A stretch of 64,000 bases of DNA from Minisyncoccota bacterium (GCA_018062765.1 JAGORR010000001.1:282173-346172), one strand, 5' to 3'. Numbered from the stretch's first letter, positions 1-10,492 are shown. Made by a program: numbers and translations. Notes: generated by a model from the sequence alone, not told the origin.

Positions 1-1045
1 GAGTACGACCGTCTCAAGCCCGACGCGGGTAAGCTCGGTGAGATCCTTCTGAATATCTTTTGCCGCGTCGTAGGAGATGACGGTCTCGGTCCCGGCAAGC
101 GTCGTAGTCTTTAGCTCCTCGAGTTTCTCGCGCACATCGGTACCTGTGGCAAGAATGTTACCGCCGCGCGACTTATATATAGAAAGGGTAAGGGCAGGGG
201 CGGATGGTTCACCCTCAACCGACACGCGAGAGAAGGTCCGCGGAGCAGAAAGGCCGTCGACCACATCCGCGACGTCGCGCACGCGAAGCGGCGTGCCGCC
301 GGGCCCCGTAAGCGCTATGTCGCCCACAACATCCGGATTGTTGGCACCGGACTCGAGGCGTATCGCGTACTCAACGCCTGACACCGTGATGGAACCCAGG
401 GGAGAGGCGACACCCGAAGCGTGTATCGCGTTGGTGACGTCGGAGGCCGACAGACCATACTGGCGCAGGCGGTCCTGCCGCACGACGACGGAAATCTCGC
501 GCTCGCGAACGCCTGAGAGTCCGACGGAAGAGACGCCAGGGATGCGCTCGAGCTCGTCGCGCACTTCCTCGCCAAGCAGCGTCAATTCGCCTTGGGCGAG
601 GTCGCCGGCAATAGAGATGATAAGGATGGGCTGGTCCGCGAAATTGACGTCGGTAACTGAAGGATCCTCGGCCTCCTCAGGAAGGTCATTAATCTTATCT
701 ACCTCGTCTTTAAGTAGCTGTATCGATTTATCGATATCGGCGGAGGCGACGAACTCGACCTGGACGGATGAGACTCCAGAGCCTGAAGAGGAGGTGACTT
801 TTGAAACGCCTTCTATACCAAGCACCCGATCCTCTATCTTGTCCGTTATAAGGCGCTCGACGTCCTCGGCGGAGGCGCCGGGGAGTACGGTTGTGATAAT
901 TCCGAGCGGAATCTGGACTTCTGGCGCGGATTCCTTCGGAATGCCGAGCGCTGAGTATACGCCGGCAAGAGTAAGCACCACCGCAAGAAGGATGGTGAAG
1001 CTCCGCTTACGGAGAAAGAAAGTCCAGAAAGAAGTCATAGAATAG
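1..1045 (-). CDS. RND (HAE1/AcrB-like) efflux permease, N-terminal part. The CDS continues beyond the window start.
   Basis: Minus-strand translation from ATG at 1045 gives MTSFWTFFLRKRSFTILLAVVLTLAGVYSALGIPKESAPEV..., typical AcrB N-terminus (TM1 plus periplasmic porter domain). The listed + ORF 77..1045 is a low-complexity antisense frame. Confidence 0.75.
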
Positions 1046-1090
1046 CGGTGAGCGGTTAGCTATGAGCTGTCAGAAACGAAGCCAAATACA

Positions 1091-2614
1091 TTATTCGGCG
1101 CCAGCAATTCGGATTTCCTGGCCTGCGGAAAGTCCGCGTGCGTCACGCACGACGGCGAGATCAAGGGGGAGCTCGGAGCGAATCTCTATGCGGTCTCCGC
1201 GCACCTCGCCGACCTCGACTGGGTGTGCGACAAGACGCATCTCTTCGTCGACCGAGAAGACGACGCGGCTCCCTGCAGAAAGCTTTACTGAGGAAAGAGG
1301 GAGAAGGATGGGACCCTGAACCACGTCAGTTTTTGGTGCGGACGCAAGCCGGACACGGACCGACTGACCGTTCGTCAAGGTGTCGCTCTCATCTGCTGCG
1401 ATGCGTACCTCTATCTGCTTGCGTATAGGGTCCAAGGCAGGTGCGATAGAGGTAATCGTACCGCCCGACTTCTCGTCGATGACTACCTTGTCGCCGATGC
1501 GAAGTGCCTCTCGGCTCTCGGGCGAGACGTACGCGGTAATCTCCAAAGCTCCATTGCGGGCAACGGTCGCTGCATGCGTGAGCGCGGTGACGTAGTCACC
1601 GACCTTGATAGGGAGGAAGTTCACCGTACCGGCTATCGGTGCGCGTACCACGGTGCGTTCATATGCCGCTTGTGCAGCGCGAAGGCCGCCGAGAGCCTGC
1701 TTCACCGCAGCGTCTGACGCGGAGATGTCGGTCGCGCCTGTGCCGGACTCATATGCCACACGGGCAGCGCGAAGTGATGCGGAAACGGACGCTATGGTCG
1801 AGCGTGCCGTGTTTATGTTCGCAAGCTCGGTTGCAGTCGCATTCGAGTTCTCGCGATTGGCGATAAGCGATATATCCGTGATGAGGCTCTCGAGCTGGTC
1901 CACTACGCCTTCTGCCTGCGAAAGCATCGCTGCATCAGAAAGCGTCCCGGCCTGAGCATCGCGTCGCCAGTCCATGAGCGCGTCGTACGCTGTTTCGAAG
2001 CGCTCGCCTAGGTTGCGGCTGCCGCCGCCCGAGAGACGTAGCGTCGGGTTGACCGTCGGATTGATATACAAAGGTGCGATATACGCATTCACCGCCGTGT
2101 CTATCGAGACGCGTGAGGAGTTGTATACGCTTTCGACATTCGCGCCGGAGTTCGCGTCCGCAGTGCGCTTTGCGGCGAGTGCCGCTTCGTAAGAACCTTC
2201 TGCTGAAAGTACCGCTGCCGCTTCGGCGCGGTTTTCAAGCGACGCGATAACGAAGCCTGCGGGTACCGAGGCACCTATGCGGGTGTTCACGGAGGTGACT
2301 GTGCCGCTCGTTTTCGCAAGAATCTCGGCTTCCGAGACGCTTTCTACGGATCCAAAAAGGGTAGCGCTACCGTTCCCTCCAGAGAGGGCGCCGACCGACT
2401 CCAGGCTTACTGCAGGGGCAGTGTCGGTTGTCTCGGTGGTGCTCCCACCCGTAAGCGCAAAAAACGCAACGACGAAGATTAGCACCCCGGTGATGATAAG
2501 TGCTTGGATACGTCCAGAAAGCGAGCGGAACGTGCGCCAAACAGACTCGACGAAGAAGACGGCCCGATTGGGGAGCCGGCGGAGAAAGCCAGGAAGCGCG
2601 TTTAGGTATGCCAT
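1091..2614 (-). CDS. RND efflux periplasmic adaptor (HlyD/membrane-fusion protein family)
   Basis: N-terminal TM, long Ala-rich coiled-coil region and C-terminal beta-barrel-like region. Sits 45 bp upstream of the RND permease on the same strand (operon). Confidence 0.7.
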   Translation of the reverse strand: MAYLNALPGFLRRLPNRAVFFVESVWRTFRSLSGRIQALIITGVLIFVVAFFALTGGSTTETTDTAPAVSLESVGALSGGNGSATLFGSVESVSEAEILAKTSGTVTSVNTRIGASVPAGFVIASLENRAEAAAVLSAEGSYEAALAAKRTADANSGANVESVYNSSRVSIDTAVNAYIAPLYINPTVNPTLRLSGGGSRNLGERFETAYDALMDWRRDAQAGTLSDAAMLSQAEGVVDQLESLITDISLIANRENSNATATELANINTARSTIASVSASLRAARVAYESGTGATDISASDAAVKQALGGLRAAQAAYERTVVRAPIAGTVNFLPIKVGDYVTALTHAATVARNGALEITAYVSPESREALRIGDKVVIDEKSGGTITSIAPALDPIRKQIEVRIAADESDTLTNGQSVRVRLASAPKTDVVQGPILLPLSSVKLSAGSRVVFSVDEEMRLVAHPVEVGEVRGDRIEIRSELPLDLAVVRDARGLSAGQEIRIAGAE

Positions 2615-2909
2615 ATACGGTCGGACTACTATATAACACGGTTGGCCATTCTGTCAAATCCTGTATAGGCCGCAATCAGGGTAGCCGGCGATGGCTGATA
2701 TACTGATGAGCGATGAAGTATGCGGCCGACAAACGAACCTCGAAGCTCGCGTTTCTTGCGTTCCTGGTCGTCGTTGTCTATCTAGCGTTCTTCCGCTTCA
2801 ATATCGAAGCGGCATACACGCACACCGTAGCTGGCGTTTCTTCGATGCTCTCGATCTTCGGGTTGTAAGCGCGCAAGAAACAGCCTTCGACGGTAGAATA
2901 AGGCTCGGC

Positions 2910-3473
2910 ATGGCGCATGAAAGGAATGAGGACGCGACACGTCTACACTCTCGGGACACCGAAGGGCTCTTTGAGGATGCGTTTACGCGCTATGGTGACG
3001 AACTCTTCCGCCATGCGTACCTGCGACTCTCCGATCGCGAGAAAGCAGTCGACCTCGTCCAAGATACATTTCTTCGAGCCTTTGGTGCCGGGAAGCGCCC
3101 GCAGGATATTCGCGATATGCGCGCGTTCCTCTACCAAACGTTGCGGAATCTCGTGATCGATGAGTATCGCCGAAAGAAGTCGTACTCCTTGGATGCAATC
3201 CTAGAGCACGAGGATGCGAATCCGGACGCGCTGCTTCCGACCGACGATACGAATACCGTTGCGGCCGCTGAAACGCGGCTCGACGCGAAAGCGGCACTCG
3301 CGAAAGTGGGCGAACTGCCGCCCGCGTACGCGGAGGTGATTCTGCTCCGTTTCGTCGATGGGCTATCGCCTGGCGAAATCGCCGAGCGTATCAAGGTCTC
3401 CGAGAACCTGGTATCAGTGCGCATTCATCGAGCGCTCGCCGCCCTCAAGAAACTCCTCACCCCGACCCTATGA
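2910..3473 (+). CDS. ECF-type RNA polymerase sigma factor (sigma-70 region 2 and 4)
   Basis: LFEDAFTRYGDELFRHAYLRL...DLVQDTFLRAF (region 2) and ...AEVILLRFVDGLSPGEIAERIKVSENLVSVRIHRALAALKK (region 4 HTH). The ORF opens at 2691; the start was chosen at an internal Met and is uncertain. Confidence 0.7.
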   Translation: MAHERNEDATRLHSRDTEGLFEDAFTRYGDELFRHAYLRLSDREKAVDLVQDTFLRAFGAGKRPQDIRDMRAFLYQTLRNLVIDEYRRKKSYSLDAILEHEDANPDALLPTDDTNTVAAAETRLDAKAALAKVGELPPAYAEVILLRFVDGLSPGEIAERIKVSENLVSVRIHRALAALKKLLTPTL

Positions 3474-4606
3474 ACGATTTTCCTACTGAATTTAAGAATG
3501 AAGCGTACCGACTCCGTATGACGGAGGCGGAGCGTTCGCGTGTCCGCGCGCGCGTGCTGCGCGCGACACGGACGCGTGTACAGAGTCCCTATATGACGGC
3601 GTTCTCTTTCATGACTCACCAGCGGAGCCTTGCATACGCGTTCTCCTTTGTCGTGATTCTTTTGGGGGGAACCGGCGGCACTTTGTATGCTTCGGAGGGC
3701 GCGCTCCCTGGCGATACGCTCTATACGATTAAAACGAGCGTCACGGAACCGCTCTCGGGCGTGTTCGCCGTGTCACGTGAAGCGGAGACTGAGTGGCACG
3801 CGAAACTGGCGGTGAAGCGTCTTACGGAAGCGGAGGAACTCGCAAAGGCTGGTCGTCTTACCGACGAGAATGGTGTCGAGCTCGCAGTTGCGTTTACGAA
3901 GCATGTAGCAGCCATCGAAACCGATACTGCAGAAGAGGCCGTATCCGTAGAAGAACGTGACTCAGTCTCGACAGAGACGACTCTCGAAGAAGCACGCGAG
4001 ACATTCGAGGCCGTTGTCGCGGCAAAGGGAGCTTCGATACTTGAGGCAACCGATACAGAGGATCGTCGCGGGCAACGCGTCGCATCCGCACATTTCGTAC
4101 TTTCCGTGCTCGGCGGTGGTGCAGATAGTGCCGATAGCGTTATGGAAGATGCGGCGGCGGATGCGCGTATGACGAAAAGCGCCACAACGCAGGATGATCA
4201 GTCCGTTGCCTTGATGACGCTCTCGACCCCGGCGCCGGAAGGCGAGGTGCTTCTTGAAGAGGAGTCGCTTGAGAGTCTTAAGAAACGAGCAAAGGAATCC
4301 TTTCAGGCAGCACGCGAGCGGGTAGAGGATTCAGGCTCGCGAGATTCGTATCGCGAACTTTCACTTATACTGCGTCTACTCGTGCGTTCAGAAGCAGAGA
4401 GCGTCACGGGTAACACCGACTCCGCGCGCTCCGGATTCTTGGAGGCAACACTTCGCGCGGACGCCATTACCGCAGAGGAGCGAACGGATGACGAGGGAGA
4501 GGTAGAGGGGTGGATGGATTCGATTGACGAGCGCGAGCGGCGGGATCGTGCGCGTGAGGAGGACACGCACGACGAGGTCGAGGAGGAACGGGACGTTCAT
4601 TCCTGA
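3470..4606 (+). CDS. Putative anti-sigma factor / membrane protein with acidic C-terminal tail
   Basis: ATGA start/stop overlap with the ECF sigma gene. Single TM helix (FSFVVILLGGTGGTLYA) followed by a periplasmic region and a highly acidic C-terminus. Function inferred from position only. Confidence 0.45.
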   Translation: MNDFPTEFKNEAYRLRMTEAERSRVRARVLRATRTRVQSPYMTAFSFMTHQRSLAYAFSFVVILLGGTGGTLYASEGALPGDTLYTIKTSVTEPLSGVFAVSREAETEWHAKLAVKRLTEAEELAKAGRLTDENGVELAVAFTKHVAAIETDTAEEAVSVEERDSVSTETTLEEARETFEAVVAAKGASILEATDTEDRRGQRVASAHFVLSVLGGGADSADSVMEDAAADARMTKSATTQDDQSVALMTLSTPAPEGEVLLEEESLESLKKRAKESFQAARERVEDSGSRDSYRELSLILRLLVRSEAESVTGNTDSARSGFLEATLRADAITAEERTDDEGEVEGWMDSIDERERRDRAREEDTHDEVEEERDVHS

Positions 4607-4644
4607 TACACGCATCGTATGCGCTACAATGTAGCGAAAAGTAC

Positions 4645-5625
4645 ATGCGTTTTCTGTTCCGCTTCAGGTTTCCACTCATAGCAATCGTCCTCATACTCGG
4701 GGGACTGTCTTTTTACGGCGCCCTCTTTGGTCCTGCTGGCACAAGCCTTACTCCGCGCACTATTGTCGTGACTCCTGACGACTCGCTCTCTTCTTTAGCG
4801 AACCGACTCAAGGAAGAGGGGCTCATAAAAAGCATCTGGGCATTCGAGCTCGCTTACGTGCGCGAGCAGGGAGGTATCGCACTTCGGCCTGGCGGTTACG
4901 AGCTCTCGGCGAGCCAGGATGCGTGGAGCGTCGCAGACACCTTTGCACGTTCTCCGTACCTTGCGTGGATTACCGTGCCGCGCGGACGCAGGAAGGAAGA
5001 AATAGCTGACATTCTCGCTGAGGCACTCGCCTGGAAGGCGGAGGATCGTGAGGCGTGGCTTCTGGCGACCGCGGCGATGCCCGCAGGCGAGACCGAAGGC
5101 GTCTTTTTTCCAGATACGTACCTCCTGCCGTCTGATATGGCGCCTCAAGACGTCGCGCGCGCGATGCGCGACCGTTTCTTAGAGACGTGGAAAAAATTTG
5201 CTGACGCAGCGGAGCTACAGGGGCTTACGATGAGCGAAGTGGTGCGTATCGCCTCATTATTGGAGCGTGAGGCGGCCGGCGCGCACGACATGCCGCTTAT
5301 TGCAGGAATCATTCGCGAACGACTTCAACGCGGGATGAAACTGCAGATAGACGCGACGCTGCAATATATAAAAGGAAACGAGGAGCTCGGATGGTGGAAG
5401 ACCGTAAAGAGTGAGGACAAATACCTGGAATCAGATTTCAATACCTACCAGCACGTGGGCCTTCCGCCTGCAGCTATAGCGAACCCCGGACTCGCCTCAC
5501 TTCAAGCGGTACTCGCGCCCGAGGAGACTAACTGCCTTTTCTACCTGCACGACAATGAGGGCGACATCCATTGCTCCGCCAACTACTCAGGGCACGTGGC
5601 AAACATCCGGAAGTATCTGCAATAG
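4645..5625 (+). CDS. mltG: Endolytic murein transglycosylase MltG (YceG family)
   Basis: N-terminal TM followed by a YceG-like domain (…IASLLEREAAG…GLPPAAIANPG…). Confidence 0.8.
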   Translation: MRFLFRFRFPLIAIVLILGGLSFYGALFGPAGTSLTPRTIVVTPDDSLSSLANRLKEEGLIKSIWAFELAYVREQGGIALRPGGYELSASQDAWSVADTFARSPYLAWITVPRGRRKEEIADILAEALAWKAEDREAWLLATAAMPAGETEGVFFPDTYLLPSDMAPQDVARAMRDRFLETWKKFADAAELQGLTMSEVVRIASLLEREAAGAHDMPLIAGIIRERLQRGMKLQIDATLQYIKGNEELGWWKTVKSEDKYLESDFNTYQHVGLPPAAIANPGLASLQAVLAPEETNCLFYLHDNEGDIHCSANYSGHVANIRKYLQ

Positions 5626-5660
5626 AAAAGAGCCGGTCCCGAGGACCGGCTCCACTACGT

Positions 5661-5981
5661 TTATTTGGTGCCGAGAGCGGTAGCGCCAAGGACGAGGAAC
5701 ACGATGGCGCTCGTGCCTCGCAGCGTGCTCACGTCGTACCCGTCCTTTCTCGAAAACCATTCGAGCGCGAAGGCTGCAGCAACGCTCGCGAAGCCGACGA
5801 CGATGAGCCAGCCTCGGCCGTCTTTCGCCATCGAGAAGTACATGAGGATGACCGCCGCCGCTCCGAACGTTGGAAGCTCAAGTCCGAGCATGTCCGGCAG
5901 AAGCAGGAACGGACGCGCGAGTGCCAAGAAGACCGCGAACGCGACAGCGATCATAAGATACCCGTAGATGCGCAAGAACAT
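5661..5981 (-). CDS. Small polytopic membrane protein, hypothetical
   Basis: 106 aa from an internal ATG preceded by AGGGAGGG SD. Three predicted hydrophobic helices. Confidence 0.45.
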   Translation of the reverse strand: MFLRIYGYLMIAVAFAVFLALARPFLLLPDMLGLELPTFGAAAVILMYFSMAKDGRGWLIVVGFASVAAAFALEWFSRKDGYDVSTLRGTSAIVFLVLGATALGTK

Positions 5982-6072
5982 GGGATGACCCTCCCTGAGG
6001 AAACGGATTTTATAATGGCACGGCGCCATCGAATATCAAGCATCGAGGGATTCTGCGTGATAGGCTTTCAGG

Positions 6073-7860
6073 ATGCAAAAGCAAACGCGTTCATGGACGC
6101 GCCGGACGTTTGGCATCTATGCAGCGGAGGCCGCACGGCACCCCGTGGCGTTCTTCTTCGTGCTCCTCGGCACGTTCTCCTTGCAGGGAGCAATGCTTCT
6201 TGCGCCCCTCTATCTCCGGAACTTCTTTAACCTGCTTGTCACCGAGTCACCCACAGAAGAGGTGATGGCGGCGATATTCTTTACGCTCGGACTCATTGCG
6301 GGCGCGTACCTGCTTGAATGGGCGTCGCGTCGCATCTTCACCTTCAGCATCATCCAGCTTGAGACGAAGGTAATGGCGAGTCTCTATGACCGTGCATTCG
6401 GGTACCTGGTGCGGCACTCCTACCACTTCTTCTCAAGCCAGTTTGCGGGAACGTTGACGCGCCGCGTATCGAAGTTCGCGCACTCTTTTGAGACGGTGTT
6501 TGACGCCATCATGATGCAGTTCTTTCCGACGGCGCTCTTTGTATTCGGTGCCGTCACTATCCTGTACTTCAGGAACGCCACCATCGGCCTCATGCTTGGC
6601 GGTTGGGTCGTGCTTTTTATCGTGGTGCAAATAGTCCTGATGCGCATGCAGCAGCCCTTGCGGCGTGCTCGCGCGGACGAGGATAGCCGGACGGTGGGAG
6701 CGCTTGCGGACGCGGTCTCGAACCAGTCCACCATCACACTGTTCTCGGGAGTCGGGCATGAAGTGTCACGCTTTAGGAATGCGGTACGCACGTGGCAGAA
6801 GGCGGTCGTGCGGGTATGGGTTGCTGACGAGTACGCTTGGTCGGTGCTCGGGTTACTCATGGCCGGTATCGAGATTGCTGTTCTCTATGGCGCGGTGATT
6901 TATTGGCAGCAGGGATTGCTTACTATTGGTGATTTTGCGCTCATACAGGCGTATCTCCTTACCACCTTCGATCGGCTCGTGATGATTAATCGCGACCTGC
7001 GACGCTTTAACGAATCTTTGGCCGACGCAGGCGAGATGGTCGAGATACTCGAGACGCCGCTTGATATCAGTGATGCAAAGAGCGCACACAAACTCAATAT
7101 CCTTAAGGGAAGCATCGAATTTAAGGATGTTGATTTCAGTTTCGTCCCGGAGCGACCGCTTCTCTCCAATTTCTCACTCAGTGTCGCAGGAGGAGAGAAG
7201 GTGGCACTTGTGGGGCCTTCTGGCGCCGGCAAATCCACAATCACGAAGCTCATTCTCCGTCTCTATGATGTTGTCGGCGGCGAGGTCATGATTGACGGAC
7301 AGGATATTCGCAAGATGACGCAGGAGAGCGTGCGAGATGCTATCGCATTCGTGCCGCAGGAACCCATCCTCTTCCATCGCACGCTGATGGAGAATATTCG
7401 CTATGGCAGACGTGACGCGACTGACGAGGAAGTCATCGCCGCCGCTAAGGAGGCGCACTGCTATGACTTCATTATGGCAGCGCCCGAGCAGTTTGAGACG
7501 TTTGTGGGGGAGCGTGGTATCCGGTTATCTGGCGGCGAGCGTCAACGCATCGCGATAGCACGCGCCATCCTCAAGGACGCGCCTATCCTCGTGCTTGACG
7601 AGGCGACCTCCTCCCTGGATTCCGAGTCTGAGGCCTTGATACAGGATGCGCTCGCAAAGCTTATGCAAGGGAAGACGGTTATTGCGATAGCGCACCGGCT
7701 CTCCACCGTGATGAAGATGGATCGCATAGTCGTCATAGAGGACGGAAAAGTCGCGACCTCGGGTACGCATGACGAGTTGGTGCGGCACGAAGGCGGACTC
7801 TACAAGAAGTTGTGGGAGATACAGGCCGGCGGCTTCATCACCGACGACACCACGCCATAG
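6073..7860 (+). CDS. ABC transporter, fused permease/ATPase (MsbA-like exporter)
   Basis: Six-TM N-domain, Walker A GPSGAGKST, ABC signature LSGGERQRIAIARA, Walker B ILVLDEATS. Confidence 0.85.
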   Translation: MQKQTRSWTRRTFGIYAAEAARHPVAFFFVLLGTFSLQGAMLLAPLYLRNFFNLLVTESPTEEVMAAIFFTLGLIAGAYLLEWASRRIFTFSIIQLETKVMASLYDRAFGYLVRHSYHFFSSQFAGTLTRRVSKFAHSFETVFDAIMMQFFPTALFVFGAVTILYFRNATIGLMLGGWVVLFIVVQIVLMRMQQPLRRARADEDSRTVGALADAVSNQSTITLFSGVGHEVSRFRNAVRTWQKAVVRVWVADEYAWSVLGLLMAGIEIAVLYGAVIYWQQGLLTIGDFALIQAYLLTTFDRLVMINRDLRRFNESLADAGEMVEILETPLDISDAKSAHKLNILKGSIEFKDVDFSFVPERPLLSNFSLSVAGGEKVALVGPSGAGKSTITKLILRLYDVVGGEVMIDGQDIRKMTQESVRDAIAFVPQEPILFHRTLMENIRYGRRDATDEEVIAAAKEAHCYDFIMAAPEQFETFVGERGIRLSGGERQRIAIARAILKDAPILVLDEATSSLDSESEALIQDALAKLMQGKTVIAIAHRLSTVMKMDRIVVIEDGKVATSGTHDELVRHEGGLYKKLWEIQAGGFITDDTTP

Positions 7861-7927
7861 GCGCGTTCCTGGCCTTTTCACTCATATATAGGTATAGTGC
7901 GAGCAACAGCCGCGAGGCTTATTTTTT

Positions 7928-9712
7928 ATGGAAATCAGGAATATCGCTATCATCGCGCACGTGGACCACGGCAAGACTACCTTGACGGACGCCATGCTTA
8001 AGCAGACCGGAGCTGCGGCTGAGGGCGTGTCCATGGACTCGAATAAGATCGAGCAGGAGCGCGGTATCACCATCTACTCGAAGAACGCCTCGGTGGAGTA
8101 CAAGGGCACCAAGATAAACATCGTCGATACGCCGGGACACGCCGACTTCGGCTCTGAAGTGGAGCGCGTGCTCCGCTCCATCGACTCGGTCCTCCTCATC
8201 GTCGACGCGCAGGAGGGGCCGATGCCGCAGACCCGCTTCGTCCTTAAGAAGTCTTTGGAACTCGGCCTCAAGCCCATCGTCGTCATAAATAAGATAGACA
8301 AGCCGGCAGCGAATCCCGATAAGTGCGAGGAGGACGTATTGGAACTATTCCTCGAGCTCGGCGCTTCCGACGAGCAGTCGAATTTCACCGTTGTGTACGC
8401 GATAGGTCGCCAGGGCATCGCGAAGAAGAAGCTCGCGGATGAGTCTACGGACCTGACCCCGCTCCTCGACGTCATCCTCGAAGAGGTGAAGCCTGCGAAT
8501 AAGGAGGCGGACGCATCCGCCGCCTTGGCCGCGCAGCCGTTCAATCTCGCGTACGACAACTTCCTCGGCCGCTTGGCGCTCACTCGTATCTACACAGGAA
8601 CTATCTCTATGGGTCAGACGCTTTTCGTAAAGACGCCAGACGGAACGACGCGGAGCGGTAAGGTGACGAAGCTTTTCTCATTCAAGGGACTCGAGCGCGT
8701 CGAAGCTGATAAGGCAGAGGCCGGAGACATTGTGCTTGTCGCTGGATTCCCAGACATCTTCATCGGGGAGACGTTCACCACCGACCAGAACGCAGAGCCA
8801 CTGCCTGCAATCGCTGTTGATGAGCCGACCATCACGCTTAACTTCCTCGTCAACAATTCGCCATTTGCCGGTCGCGAGGGGAAGTACGTTACCTCGCGCC
8901 AGCTGCGTGACCGCCTCGAGAAGGAGCTCGAGATTAACGTGGGGCTCAAGGTCGATTTCGTATCGCCCGAGGCATTCAAGGTTTCCGGACGTGGCGAACT
9001 GCATATCGCTATCCTTATGGAGAATATGCGCCGAGAAGGGTACGAGCTCCAGGTTTCCCAGCCTCAGGTCATCATCCGCGAGGAGAACGGACAGAAGCTT
9101 GAGCCGTTTGAGGAGGCAATTATCGATACCCCGTCCGAGTTCCAGGGTGCGGTCATCGAGCGACTCGGGATGCGCGCGTTCGTGCTTCAGAATCTTATAC
9201 AGCACGGGAACCAGGTACGTCTGATTCTCAAGGGCCCTACCCGTGGACTCCTTGGCTACCGTAACCAGTTCGTCATCGACACACGCGGCGAGGGTATCCT
9301 TTCTTCACGCTTCATCGGGTTCGAGCCGTATGCGGGCGACATCAAGAAGCGCGTTGTCGGCTCCATGGTTTCTATGGCAACCGGAAAAGCGCTCGGCTAC
9401 TCCCTCTGGAGCATGCAGGACCGTGGCCTCCTTTACATCACGCCAGCAACCGAAGTGTACGAGGGCATGGTGGTGGGGAATACATCTAAGGGCGAGGAAA
9501 TGCTCGTTAACCCAACGAAGGGTAAGGCAATGTCGAACGTCCGCTCATCCGGCACCGATGAGGCGCTCACCCTTGTTCCTGCGTTCGAGCTCACCATTGA
9601 GCGCGGTCTTGAGACGATGAGCGAGGACGAGTACCTCGAGGTTACTCCTACATCCGTGCGTTTGCGTAAGCAGCAGCTAACTGAGAACGAGCGAAGCAAG
9701 GCTCGCCGCTAG
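7928..9712 (+). CDS. typA: Translational GTPase BipA/TypA
   Basis: IAIIAHVDHGKTTLTDAMLKQTG, DTPGHADFGSEVERVL, NKIDKP, BipA-type C-terminal domains. Confidence 0.9.
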   Translation: MEIRNIAIIAHVDHGKTTLTDAMLKQTGAAAEGVSMDSNKIEQERGITIYSKNASVEYKGTKINIVDTPGHADFGSEVERVLRSIDSVLLIVDAQEGPMPQTRFVLKKSLELGLKPIVVINKIDKPAANPDKCEEDVLELFLELGASDEQSNFTVVYAIGRQGIAKKKLADESTDLTPLLDVILEEVKPANKEADASAALAAQPFNLAYDNFLGRLALTRIYTGTISMGQTLFVKTPDGTTRSGKVTKLFSFKGLERVEADKAEAGDIVLVAGFPDIFIGETFTTDQNAEPLPAIAVDEPTITLNFLVNNSPFAGREGKYVTSRQLRDRLEKELEINVGLKVDFVSPEAFKVSGRGELHIAILMENMRREGYELQVSQPQVIIREENGQKLEPFEEAIIDTPSEFQGAVIERLGMRAFVLQNLIQHGNQVRLILKGPTRGLLGYRNQFVIDTRGEGILSSRFIGFEPYAGDIKKRVVGSMVSMATGKALGYSLWSMQDRGLLYITPATEVYEGMVVGNTSKGEEMLVNPTKGKAMSNVRSSGTDEALTLVPAFELTIERGLETMSEDEYLEVTPTSVRLRKQQLTENERSKARR

Positions 9713-9714
9713 AA

Positions 9715-10260
9715 TTATTCAACCAATTCGAAAAAACCATAGTTTTCTGCAGTAATTGGTCTGTAGGATTTGCAGTTTACTGAGACAGTCAGAGCGGGAA
9801 TGTTCCTAAAGCTTGTGTTGTTGCTGATCTGGGATACGCCACTAAATCCTTCTGGATCGATGTCGCATCGAATTACAATTGCAGTATCCCAGCGTATAGA
9901 GTCAATGAACATATCTCTCGTGTAGCCTTCAGGAGGATCTTGTAACTCTAATTCGAGTCGGGTTTCGTATAGTCCTGCTCCGATAGGCGTACTCCGCGCA
10001 TTGAATGCTCCGATACGGAGTTGCGGCGAGAAGTTTGATTCATCGATACAATTTGTCGTAATTGTTCCAGTAGAACCGGGTGCATTTACGGCGCATGGCG
10101 AATGCTCAATCAAAGGTTTTTCAACCAACGGCTGCACAGCAGCTTCTGAGTCAGTCGCCCACGGTATTAAGCCTCTTAGGCCAGGAAAGGCATAGAACAG
10201 ACTTCCTGCGAACGCAACCAGTGCGGTAATTGTCCCAGCAATTTTTACCCAACGTTTCAT
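9715..10260 (-). CDS. Hypothetical secreted/membrane-anchored protein (low-GC gene)
   Basis: N-terminal signal/TM (MKRWVKIAGTITALVAFAGSLFYAF). Sequence is visibly AT-richer than neighbours. Convergent with typA, with a 2-bp gap. Confidence 0.5.
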   Translation of the reverse strand: MKRWVKIAGTITALVAFAGSLFYAFPGLRGLIPWATDSEAAVQPLVEKPLIEHSPCAVNAPGSTGTITTNCIDESNFSPQLRIGAFNARSTPIGAGLYETRLELELQDPPEGYTRDMFIDSIRWDTAIVIRCDIDPEGFSGVSQISNNTSFRNIPALTVSVNCKSYRPITAENYGFFELVE

Positions 10261-10295
10261 GCTTAGTGAGTATACGTTCTTGCTGCATCGTTTCT

Positions 10296-10330
10296 AGTTT
10301 GACATAAACCATAAATAGGTGCTATAGTCT
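10296..10330 (+). promoter_or_regulatory. Sigma70-like promoter (TTGACA-N18-TATAGT) for the DEAD-box helicase, implying a ~165-nt AT-rich 5' UTR
   Basis: ttgacataaaccataaataggtgctatagt seen directly. No other long ORF between it and the helicase start. Confidence 0.35.
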
Positions 10331-10492
10331 TTCCAACAACTCGGCACAGGTTTTACCGTCTTGAGACATTCTCGAGACCACCCCACAGACAGAATCGCTC
10401 GGGGATGAAAACACTCACAGACGCGTTGTCTTAATCCGGCGTTCCGGCCACTGATTTACGGCTTCGGTTCGCATTCAATCAATCACTGCCAT

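Noticed and set aside
77-1045. 322-aa + strand ORF rich in Ser/Thr/Arg
   Set aside because: Low-complexity antisense frame of the RND permease gene encoded on the minus strand (clear AcrB-like translation from ATG at 1045).
5571-6230. 219-aa + strand ORF
   Set aside because: Overlaps the minus-strand small membrane protein and the ABC transporter start; Arg/Glu-rich wrong-frame composition.
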